Part shown: piece after piece, positions 1-7,104 of the stretch
Position numbering within the stretch: position 1 is the stretch's first letter
How the letters are laid out: each line of letters starts with the position of its first letter
NCBI GenBank assembly: GCA_003252225.1
Contig: QKFE01000283.1
Location: 1 to 37,566 of the forward strand
Source of the DNA: Kiritimatiellales bacterium
Lineage (GTDB): Bacteria; Verrucomicrobiota; Kiritimatiellia; Kiritimatiellales; Pontiellaceae
DNA: 37,566 nt
Direction of reading: 5' to 3'
Notes under the pieces: generated by a model
What the model was told of the DNA's origin: nothing
What the model saw: the letters and a program-made list of their open reading frames with translations, nothing else
Database searches by the model: none
Translations under genes and position numbers: made by a program

Positions 1-1
1 C

Positions 2-280
2 AAAACAATTGGAGCCGAAGCCCCGATGGTAAATACCGCTCCGCTCGCCGGGGGGATTGAATATTCCGACTGCTATTTCGCCGAACACGACGCCCGTTTC
101 ACCTTCGGTTTTATCCGCCGCGTTCTCCGCAAAAAAAACAACGCCGTCAATTATATGGAACTCATCGACGCCGAATTCGCCAACGGACTCTGGCGCGCAA
201 AGCTGGTTGACCATATTTCCGGCGGAGAGATCACCGTGCGAGGATGGTGTCAGTCCTATTATTTAGTCATTACTGATTGA
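2..280 (+). pseudogene. glpD: Truncated glycerol-3-phosphate dehydrogenase/oxidase (GlpD family). It enters from the left edge and homology stops at about 240, where the transposon end begins.
   Basis: The frame is open from base 2: KTIGAEAPMVNTAPLAGGIEYSDCYFAEHDARF...GLWRAKLVDHISGGEITVR, matching the GlpD GGxEYSDC..DAR and ..WR....D..SG....VR segments. The expected continuation (A..V.NAAGPW) is absent; the last residues (GWCQSYYLVITD) are read from the element end. Confidence 0.75.
247..270. repeat. Left inverted repeat GTGTCAGTCCTATTATTTAGTCAT
   Basis: Exact reverse complement of 1298-1321; 26/27 identity when extended to 244-270 vs 1298-1324. Confidence 0.95.
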
Positions 281-310
281 CTTGGCATCGTTTTTGAGTA
301 GAAAGGGTGT

Positions 311-1309
311 ATGGGAAGAGCACCGCGGATTGAATATGAGGGTGCGGTATATCATGTGATGTGCCGCGGGAACCGGCAGGAGCCGGTGTTCCGGGATAAC
401 CGGGACAATGAAATCTTTCTGGATACGTTGGAAGAGGCGTGCGGTCGCTGCGGATGGCGAGTGCATGCTTTTGTGTTGATGGGTAATCACTATCACCTGC
501 TTCTGGAAACACCCCACGCGAATCTTGTGGATGGGATGCGCTGGCTACAGGGAACCTACACCAAGAGGTTCAATATTCGCCATAAGGTGTGGGGCCATCT
601 TTTCCAAAGCCGCTACAAAGCGTTATTGGTCGATCCGGGTGGAGATTATTTCCAGACGGCATGCAGTTATATTCATCTCAATCCGGCTCGGGCGAATTGT
701 TTTGATCTGCATAAAGGACGGTTGTCTGATTATATGTGGAGCAGCTTTCCGCAATACCTGAATCCATCGAAGAGGTCGGATTGGTTGGCGGTGGATCGCA
801 CGCTGGGCAATTATGAAGTGAAAGACGATACGGTCGGCCGCCGCAACTTTGAACTGATGATGCAGAAGCGTGTGGCTGAGATTGCGAACAGTGATAATCC
901 GCAAGAAGCGGATGCACGGTGGGCGGAAATCCGGCAGGGCTGGTGCTTTGGGAGCGACTCATTCCACGCGGAGATGGTCGATTCACTGGATGATGTGCTG
1001 GCCGGGAAGCGCAGGGAATCTTTTGTTGGCGATGAGACCCGTCAGCACGATATGCTTGATGCCGAGCGACGGGTTGCCGATGCTCTTGAAATCTTTGGGC
1101 TGAAGGACGCTGATCTGGCGGGACTGAAAAAAGGAGATCCGCGCAAAAAGGTCATTGCCTGGTTGGTGCGCAAAAATACGAGTGTGCGTAATGCTTGGAT
1201 TGCAGAGCGATTAGTTATGGGTAATGCGTCCAATCTTCCGCGGCAGGTTCGGGAAGTGGATGTTGCTGAAGAGGGCGAATTAGTTCAGTGGCGAGAGATG
1301 ACTAAATAA
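311..1309 (+). CDS. REP-associated tyrosine transposase (RAYT / Y1_Tnp, IS200-like HUH fold), long form with a C-terminal helical/HTH-like extension
   Basis: MGRAPRIEYEGAVYHVMCRGN N-terminus, HUH motif MGNHYHLL, GHLFQSRYKA, and catalytic Tyr in YIHLNP. The C-terminal IAWLVRKNT...WIAERLVMG segment resembles an HTH. Confidence 0.92.
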   Translation: MGRAPRIEYEGAVYHVMCRGNRQEPVFRDNRDNEIFLDTLEEACGRCGWRVHAFVLMGNHYHLLLETPHANLVDGMRWLQGTYTKRFNIRHKVWGHLFQSRYKALLVDPGGDYFQTACSYIHLNPARANCFDLHKGRLSDYMWSSFPQYLNPSKRSDWLAVDRTLGNYEVKDDTVGRRNFELMMQKRVAEIANSDNPQEADARWAEIRQGWCFGSDSFHAEMVDSLDDVLAGKRRESFVGDETRQHDMLDAERRVADALEIFGLKDADLAGLKKGDPRKKVIAWLVRKNTSVRNAWIAERLVMGNASNLPRQVREVDVAEEGELVQWREMTK

Positions 1310-1321
1310 TAGGACTGACAC
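1298..1321. repeat. Right inverted repeat ATGACTAAATAATAGGACTGACAC, overlapping the last codons and stop of the transposase
   Basis: Exact reverse complement of 247-270; it encodes M-T-K-stop. Confidence 0.95.
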
Positions 1322-1365
1322 TATGGTCACTATGGTTGGTCTGACACTATGGTTGACACTATGGT
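1315..1365. repeat. Tandem tract of 3'-anchored, 5'-truncated copies of CTGACACTATGGT (13, 9, 4, 13, 12 nt)
   Basis: ctgacactatggt|cactatggt|tggt|ctgacactatggt|tgacactatggt, read directly. Confidence 0.92.
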
Positions 1366-1457
1366 CACAAAATACGCAAAACACACAAAAGCCGAGAAGG
1401 GGAGCTCCCATTTACACAGCTAGCATATTTTGAGCTTCTTGTGCATCTTGTGGTTAA
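1366..1457. repeat. Imperfect palindromic repeat with ~9-nt periodic arms, copy 1, left arm clipped
   Basis: cacaaaatacgcaaaacacacaaaa ... ttttgagcttcttgtgcatcttgtggttaa; same family as 2024-2099. Confidence 0.7.
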
Positions 1458-1495
1458 ACCGTCCCTGAACAGTAACAGTAATACGGAGAGTGAGA

Positions 1496-1972
1496 ATGAT
1501 TGCAATTGTTGCCCGATCTGAAAACGGGGTTATCGGCAAAGACGGCGGCCTGCCGTGGCGCTGCAAAGGCGACCTACAGTTTTTCAAGCGCACCACGATG
1601 GGGCGGAAAATCGTCGTCGGCCGCACCACGTTTGAAGGGCTTCCGCCGCTGAAAGGGCGCGAACTTTTCGTACTGACCCGAAATCCGGAAGCCCGTTTTG
1701 GCGGGGCAACGGCCGTATCCAGTCCCGCCGACGTTCCGGCCGATGCCATCGTCTGCGGCGGCGCGGCGATTTATGACCTGATGATTCCGCAGTGCGATCA
1801 GCTGCTGGTGACCACGGTCAAAATGGAGGTTGAGGGCGATACCTTTTTCAATGCTCACTGGCTGAATGGTTTCGAACCGACGGAAACCATCGAAGAAACC
1901 GATGAGTATTCGATAGTTTCCTACCGCAGGTCTGCGAGTGCGCTGAAAAACTTTGGCCGTGACGGGGTTTAG
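1496..1972 (+). CDS. folA: Dihydrofolate reductase
   Basis: MIAIVARSENGVIG..GGLPW...DLQFFKRTTMG..IVVGRTTF..LPPLKGR...CGGAAIY...EGDTFF. GGAG at 1485-1488 favours the ATG at 1496; the GTG at 1490 is an alternative start. Confidence 0.95.
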   Translation: MIAIVARSENGVIGKDGGLPWRCKGDLQFFKRTTMGRKIVVGRTTFEGLPPLKGRELFVLTRNPEARFGGATAVSSPADVPADAIVCGGAAIYDLMIPQCDQLLVTTVKMEVEGDTFFNAHWLNGFEPTETIEETDEYSIVSYRRSASALKNFGRDGV

Positions 1973-2023
1973 TTCAAGCGGATGGTGTTCTATTGCTCCG
2001 GCAGTTAAATATTGAAAATCGGG

Positions 2024-2099
2024 TTAACCACATGATGCACAAAAATCACAAAATACTCCGGAATTACACGTCTGAGCCTTTTGTGTATTTTGTGGTTAA
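2024..2099. repeat. Imperfect palindromic repeat with ~9-nt periodic arms, copy 2, intact
   Basis: ttaaccacatgatgcacaaaaatcacaaa ... tctgagccttttgtgtattttgtggttaa; about 22/29 complementary. Confidence 0.8.
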
Positions 2100-2140
2100 T
2101 CCCAATATTCAGTCGCCGAATCTATAAATACCCTGAATTT

Positions 2141-2172
2141 ATCCGTGTCTTTCCGTGTTCTTCTGTGGCTAA
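2141..2172. repeat. Solitary right arm of a 10-nt periodic repeat (atccgtgtct ttccgtgttc ttctgtggct aa)
   Basis: Resembles the right arm at 35752-35782. Confidence 0.6.
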
Positions 2173-2181
2173 ATTAAGGCG

Positions 2182-3270
2182 ATGATCACGTTAAACAAAA
2201 CGATACGGCTGTTTCTGGACAGCATTGGGCGGCGGGATGAGTATGAGTTTTATCTCAAAAAGTTTCAGTCGGAGGATTCCGCCTGTTTTGCGCTGCTCTG
2301 CCCCGATCCCGGAAGTATTGAAGCGGGCGCGGAGGTGCTGGCGTTCGACCTCCATTTTCTGTTGCGGCTTGATCTGGTTCCGGCGATTCTGCTCTGCGGC
2401 CCGGAAGCGGGGGTAATGAAATCGGCGTTGGCTTCGGAGCCTGTTTTTGCGTTTCAGAAACTGGAGAAGGGCGATCCGGCGCAATTTATCCAGCAGGCGC
2501 GGGGCAGCCATAAAGTCCCGGTGCTGACGGCGCGGGAGGAGTCGCTCGAAAGCGCGCTGAAAAAACTGCTGCCGAATGTTGCGCGGCGGGTTCATTTCAT
2601 CCGTGCGGCGGGCGGGCTGAGGAGTACGGCGGGCGATCTGCTGCCCTATGTTTATACGCACAAGGAAAACTTTCAGCTGCTCGAAAGTCTGGAGTTCGAC
2701 TATCCGCATCTGGCGAAAGTCCTGCTCGATGAAATGCCGGGGGTTCACCTTTCGGTGACATCGCCGATCAATCTGCTGCAGGAGATTTTTACGGTGAAAG
2801 GCGCCGGAACCCTTTTCCGCCGCGGCAGCGCAATCGCGCATTTGGAGACGCTCGAAAAGGTGGATCGGGAGCGGCTTATCCGCCTGCTTGAAGCCAGTTT
2901 CGGGAAGACGCTGGCGAATGAAGCATTTCTGGAAAATACGGCGCATTTTTATATTGAGCAGGATTACCGCGGCGCGGTGCTGCTCGAAGAGCATCCGGCC
3001 GGACTTTATCTTTCGAAATTTGCCGTTGGGCGGGAAGCGCGCGGCGAGGGGCTGGCAATGGAGCTCTGGCGCGAGGTATGCCGGAATCATGACGCGCTTT
3101 TCTGGCGGTCGAACAAAGCCAATCCGTTCAATTCGTGGTACGACAAACAGGCGGACGGGCACCACGGCATCGGAAAATGGCAGGTGTTTTGGCGCGGGGT
3201 TCCGGCAGAGGCGATTTCCGGAATTATCAGCTATTGCTGCGACCGGGCGGAGGATTTCCTGAATGATTAA
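2182..3270 (+). CDS. argA: N-acetylglutamate synthase-like protein (degenerate amino-acid-kinase domain + DUF619/NAT GNAT domain)
   Basis: TIRLFLDSIGRRDEYEFYLKKF N-terminus, linker VTSPINLLQEIFTVKGAGTLFRRG, and GNAT motifs YLSKFAVGREARGEGLA and LFWRS...NPFNSWY...ADG, typical of vertebrate-like NAGS/NAGS-K. Confidence 0.75.
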   Translation: MITLNKTIRLFLDSIGRRDEYEFYLKKFQSEDSACFALLCPDPGSIEAGAEVLAFDLHFLLRLDLVPAILLCGPEAGVMKSALASEPVFAFQKLEKGDPAQFIQQARGSHKVPVLTAREESLESALKKLLPNVARRVHFIRAAGGLRSTAGDLLPYVYTHKENFQLLESLEFDYPHLAKVLLDEMPGVHLSVTSPINLLQEIFTVKGAGTLFRRGSAIAHLETLEKVDRERLIRLLEASFGKTLANEAFLENTAHFYIEQDYRGAVLLEEHPAGLYLSKFAVGREARGEGLAMELWREVCRNHDALFWRSNKANPFNSWYDKQADGHHGIGKWQVFWRGVPAEAISGIISYCCDRAEDFLND

Positions 3271-4516
3271 TTTCTCCCGCAAAAACGATTCGAAACAAGT
3301 GACTTGTTCCGTGGAGGGCGAGGCTCCGTCCGAGCCGTCGACCGGTAGGAAATGGCTCCGACGAAGCGTCGCCCTCCAATCCGTAAGAGGATACAACCCC
3401 GTTTTATCTCTTTTGATGATTGCGGGGTTTGCGGTTGCCGATTCAAACGATGCGGCGCGTGTTTTGAAATCCATCCAGAATCCGGTGGATGAAATTTTGC
3501 AGATTCACGGGGAATACGATTCGCTGCCCAAAAGCCGGTTTTTCCAGCGCGATCAGAAAGTGGCCGATGCGGAACTGCTGGAGCTGCATAAGGCGGTATT
3601 GGAATCGCTTCAGATTTCGGGGCTGACGGAACTGAGCGAAGAATATTCCGACCTGCAGGCGCGCATTAAAAAAACCAACCGGCATATTGTCAGCCTGAAT
3701 GAAAAGAAGCTGACCGCTCCGGAAGAGGACGATCTGCTGGGCCTGAAAACCACCAAGGATGATCTCGATAAAAAAATCGGCAATGCGCAGGAATATATCG
3801 CCGATGTCCGCGCCGAACAGGATAAGCTGGTTGAAAAAATGCAGGCGATGTTTGAAGCGAACGGGCTGCAAATTTCGCCGACGCAGGCCCGGCTTTTTCT
3901 GTCGCTTTCCGAAATGGGGGGGGATGGATACCTGAATCTGTGCAGCCTGTTTTTTAATGTGAAGGCGCTTTCGCGGCAGTTGGCTGAACAGATCCGGGCC
4001 GGGGAGGCGAACCCGGATGTGCTGAAACGCTATTACGGAATTTATGTGGTGCTCAACGACGCCATGCTGCTCGGTTATCAAAACACGCTGGACACGATTG
4101 AAACCGTTTATCTCGTCCGGATCGACGAACTGAGCAGCCGGATGCAGCAGACGCGGAAGGAATCCGAACAGCTTTTACGACGGGCCGATCTCTCCGAAAG
4201 CCAGCGGGCGGTGCTCAACGGAAACCTCGAAGCGCAGGGCCATTTTATTGAAGTGTGCAGCAAAGTCCGCGAATACATGCAGCTTTCGCACAAAAGGCTG
4301 ACCGCAGAACTGGATCGCCTTCATGTGGATGGTCAGGTTTCGAAAAACACCTATAAAACCGCGTGGGTCGGCGCCGAACTGCTGGATACCTTTGAGCAGT
4401 TTGAGTCTCATTTCTCGGAGCTGCAGAATTTAACCATTGATCCGGTGATTCCGCTGAACGATCCGGCCATTCTGAAACAGTTCGATGATCTGACGTCGAA
4501 ACTGCTTACCGATTAA
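3263..4516 (+). CDS. Hypothetical exported coiled-coil protein
   Basis: 417-aa ORF whose ATG overlaps the argA stop by 8 nt. It has a hydrophobic segment VLSLLMIAGFAVA followed by a heptad-rich helical body. The start is uncertain because a REP doublet sits in the 5' part. Confidence 0.75.
   Translation: MINFSRKNDSKQVTCSVEGEAPSEPSTGRKWLRRSVALQSVRGYNPVLSLLMIAGFAVADSNDAARVLKSIQNPVDEILQIHGEYDSLPKSRFFQRDQKVADAELLELHKAVLESLQISGLTELSEEYSDLQARIKKTNRHIVSLNEKKLTAPEEDDLLGLKTTKDDLDKKIGNAQEYIADVRAEQDKLVEKMQAMFEANGLQISPTQARLFLSLSEMGGDGYLNLCSLFFNVKALSRQLAEQIRAGEANPDVLKRYYGIYVVLNDAMLLGYQNTLDTIETVYLVRIDELSSRMQQTRKESEQLLRRADLSESQRAVLNGNLEAQGHFIEVCSKVREYMQLSHKRLTAELDRLHVDGQVSKNTYKTAWVGAELLDTFEQFESHFSELQNLTIDPVIPLNDPAILKQFDDLTSKLLTD
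3312..3378. repeat. REP-like inverted doublet with GGAG foot
   Basis: tggagggcgaggctccgtccgagcc (3312-3336) vs the reverse complement of 3354-3378, tggagggcgacgcttcgtcggagcc: 22/25. Each arm has an internal mini-hairpin. Confidence 0.8.
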
Positions 4517-4520
4517 CCGG

Positions 4521-5714
4521 TTATTGCGGGTTGAACCGGGTCAGTTCGATCTCTCCGGTTGCGCCGTTGAGGCTGACGGAAAAGTGTTTCAGGAAGGTCA
4601 TGCCGAGCAGTCCGTCTTCGCGCGGCTGATCCCCTTCCGGTGTGATCAATACCCTCACATTCGTTTCTTTGGCGTCGCCGACGGCGACCGACATGAGGGT
4701 TGTTTCTTTGGCCAGTGATTTCCGCCCGTCGGCGGTGATAATGGTTACAACCGGCAGGGTTTCGGGGTTGATGCCCAGTTTGCGGGCAAACGATTCGGTG
4801 AGGGTCATTGACGATGCGCCGGTGTCTAAAACGAATTCGCCGATAAGGGTTTCGTTGATCAGCACGGGAACGAAAATGGAGTTGTTTTCCGCGCGGCATT
4901 TAACCTCAAAGGTGGACACTTCATTTTGGAACCGGGCGAGATAGCGGTCAATTTTTTCGAACAGTTCCTGGGTGGCTGCATCGGGTTTTTGAGGGATGGT
5001 TTTTTTCTGTTCGGCATAACGGGGGAGGAACAGTTGAAGGGCTTTTTCGTAGAATGCAACGGGCTGCATTTGGGCTTTGCGCTGCCGCCGGATTTCGGGG
5101 GCTTTTTTGGCTTCGGTAATTCGCCGGGAATTTATGGAGGTGATTTCGGCGGCAATGAGTTTGGCTTCGTCGTTGAGCACCTGTTTTTTGCGGATGGCGC
5201 TGTTGTATGCCCGTATGGCGGTTTCGTTCTGGTATTCCATTGACGGGACTTCGACGGAGGCGACTTCTTTCTGTTTTTCGACGAGCTTTTCGGTGAGTGT
5301 GTTGATGGAATTCTGCAACTCGGAATCCAGCTGTTCGAGGCCGCGGATTTCCGCGTCGAGTTTCCGGGTCATATATTGTGCGTCCAGCGCGGCGTTGCGC
5401 GCCGCTATCAGTTGGCGGAAATCGGCGGCGAGTTCGGTATAGGCCGGGGGGACATTATCGGGATGCAGGATATTGCCTTTGGGCTGAGGCTGAGCGGAAC
5501 CGGGTTTTGAATACGCAATTTTGGCGATTTGATTCCGGTCAATTTCCATTGAACCGGCACCGAGGCTGACGATGATTTTTTTCGGCGTCTCTTCCTGCAC
5601 GGTGCAGTCGAGTATGCGTCCGTTTTTAAGGGTGATCCGGTCGGCCCGGACGGAACCGGCGAGCAGGGCGGCCAGCAAGGTTATTGCGGATAAATTGGGT
5701 GTGATCCGGCGCAT
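4521..5714 (-). CDS. Secreted clan AA (retropepsin-like) aspartyl protease with a long coiled-coil spacer
   Basis: Signal peptide ending AGSVRA, an N-terminal DRITLKNGR..domain, a coiled coil, and C-terminal FVLDTGAS and GLLGMTFL motifs. Confidence 0.88.
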   Translation of the reverse strand: MRRITPNLSAITLLAALLAGSVRADRITLKNGRILDCTVQEETPKKIIVSLGAGSMEIDRNQIAKIAYSKPGSAQPQPKGNILHPDNVPPAYTELAADFRQLIAARNAALDAQYMTRKLDAEIRGLEQLDSELQNSINTLTEKLVEKQKEVASVEVPSMEYQNETAIRAYNSAIRKKQVLNDEAKLIAAEITSINSRRITEAKKAPEIRRQRKAQMQPVAFYEKALQLFLPRYAEQKKTIPQKPDAATQELFEKIDRYLARFQNEVSTFEVKCRAENNSIFVPVLINETLIGEFVLDTGASSMTLTESFARKLGINPETLPVVTIITADGRKSLAKETTLMSVAVGDAKETNVRVLITPEGDQPREDGLLGMTFLKHFSVSLNGATGEIELTRFNPQ

Positions 5715-5744
5715 GGATTCATAATGGGTATTCCTGCGCGGGTG

Positions 5745-6416
5745 TCAAAGGTATTGTTTTAAAGCGGAAGCGTTGAGTCCGGCGGTTTGTGTTGGGCTGC
5801 TTTGCGGCAGGGCGGTAATGAAGGCCTGTATCCGTTCAATATCTTCGGCGTAAAAAATACGGGGGAAGGTCAGTGTGGCGGTGCCCGAAAACAGGTCGGC
5901 GTCGATGCGCGTGAAATCGAGTTCGGTTACGATTACGCGGCGGTATTGCCGGTCGATTTCGGACAGATAGTATGCAATCTCCTGCAGGTTTCCGGTGCAT
6001 TCAATTTGCAGGTCAAACGGGGCAAGCCCCGGGTGGACGTGCGATCCGGTCATGCGCAGCGACTGGGGGATTTTGAGCGCGGCGGGCAGTTTGGGTTCCT
6101 TTATTCGGCAGCTTTTTTTGAACTGTTTCGAGGTGTACGGGAAATGTACGAGATAGTTGCTCCATTCGGCGGTATTTTTGGAGGGTGCCAGCCCCGGAAT
6201 AACTTTGCTGACCACTTCTTCGGAAACGCTGCGGAGGGCGGGCAGCTGGGTTTCAATGGCTTCTGTCTCTTCGTCGAGTATTTCGATTTGATTTTCCAGC
6301 CGGGCGATCTGCCGGTTCAGCCGCTGCCCTTCAAACCAGAGGAGCCAGCAGACGATGAGCAGTATAAACAGGGCCCAGTCCGTTGTTCGTCGGCTGCAGA
6401 GGGTGGAGCTACTCAT
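5745..6416 (-). CDS. PilO/GspM-like membrane-anchored assembly protein
   Basis: N-terminal TM, coiled coil, and C-terminal LQIECTGNLQEIAYYLSEID..RRVIVTELDF, a PilO-type pattern. The ATG at 6416 overlaps the upstream stop. Confidence 0.6.
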   Translation of the reverse strand: MSSSTLCSRRTTDWALFILLIVCWLLWFEGQRLNRQIARLENQIEILDEETEAIETQLPALRSVSEEVVSKVIPGLAPSKNTAEWSNYLVHFPYTSKQFKKSCRIKEPKLPAALKIPQSLRMTGSHVHPGLAPFDLQIECTGNLQEIAYYLSEIDRQYRRVIVTELDFTRIDADLFSGTATLTFPRIFYAEDIERIQAFITALPQSSPTQTAGLNASALKQYL

Positions 6417-7104
6417 TTTCCGCCTCCGCTTTGTTTTCCGGCTGATCGTACGCAATCGCCACATCGTGCCAAAGCAGGGCCAGCGGGAAGTCGGCGCTCA
6501 GTATCCATTCGTTGTGTTCGTATTCTTTGGGCTCGCCGGTCTCCTTTTGCGGATAGGAAATGGAGAAGACGGTTTCAAACTGGCTGCCGGCTTCGTCGGC
6601 AAATTTCGGAGCGACAAATTTCCCTTTCGCATCGCCCGAATCGCGCAGATGAACGGAGGCCGATCCGGCGGTGGCGAGGGCGTTGCGGAAAAAGGAGTTG
6701 GTTTCGGAATTGAGCGGGCGCTGCAGCAGCGGACGCTGGATGCGGATCGATTCCACTTTAAGTCCGTACGGAGGGTGGGCGAGAAAATTGAGCAGATCGA
6801 TCGAAGTGGAACCGGCTTTCCGCCATCCGGCGAATTCGTTACGGATCGAGGCGGCCATCATACCGGTCTGACGGTCTTCTTTGGCCCGGGCCAGCCGCAT
6901 TTTCGACACGTCGATTTGCTGGGTGAGCTGTTCGGCTCGCTGCTTTTTCAGGCGCACCGAATTCAGCAGGAAAAAATTACTGACCACAATAATACCGGCA
7001 AGCGACAGCAGGAATAGCCCGGATTTAAACCCGGGGGTTACCGCATCGTGGTGTTCGTCCGGCTCAATATCGCTTCCGTCGTGATGAATGTGAAACAGGT
7101 TCAT
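6409..7104 (-). CDS. PilN/GspL-like membrane-anchored protein
   Basis: MNLF start, one TM helix, coiled coil, then LLNFLAHPPYGLKVESIRI; lies upstream of the PilO-like gene. Confidence 0.5.
   Translation of the reverse strand: MNLFHIHHDGSDIEPDEHHDAVTPGFKSGLFLLSLAGIIVVSNFFLLNSVRLKKQRAEQLTQQIDVSKMRLARAKEDRQTGMMAASIRNEFAGWRKAGSTSIDLLNFLAHPPYGLKVESIRIQRPLLQRPLNSETNSFFRNALATAGSASVHLRDSGDAKGKFVAPKFADEAGSQFETVFSISYPQKETGEPKEYEHNEWILSADFPLALLWHDVAIAYDQPENKAEAENE

Larger units (their letters stand above)
241..1365 (+). mobile_element. IS-like element with a RAYT/Y1 HUH transposase, terminal inverted repeats and an expanded right end
   Basis: A single transposase gene is bracketed by a perfect 24-bp IR (247-270 / 1298-1321). 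It interrupts glpD, and tandem copies of its end lie at 1315-1365. Confidence 0.8.

Noticed and set aside
283-297. Sigma54-like TGGCAT-N5-TTGA upstream of the transposase, and TGGAGT-N5-TTGT upstream of the pilin cluster
   Set aside because: Both lack the conserved -12 GC, so they are too weak to call.
1315-1365. Possible CRISPR array
   Set aside because: Units are 4-13 nt, abut each other with no spacers, and there are no cas genes.
1496-1972. Mobile dfr trimethoprim-resistance cassette
   Set aside because: No integron integrase or recognisable attC site; it looks like an ordinary chromosomal folA.
2191-3474. 427-aa minus-strand ORF and other long antisense ORFs (20174-21238, 5787-6713, 32263-33147, 34223-35146, 35954-36826)
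   Set aside because: They are shadows of well-supported genes on the opposite strand in GC-rich DNA and show no recognisable motifs.
3916-3923. G8 homopolymer in the coiled-coil gene
   Set aside because: The frame is intact and nothing in the sequence indicates switching.
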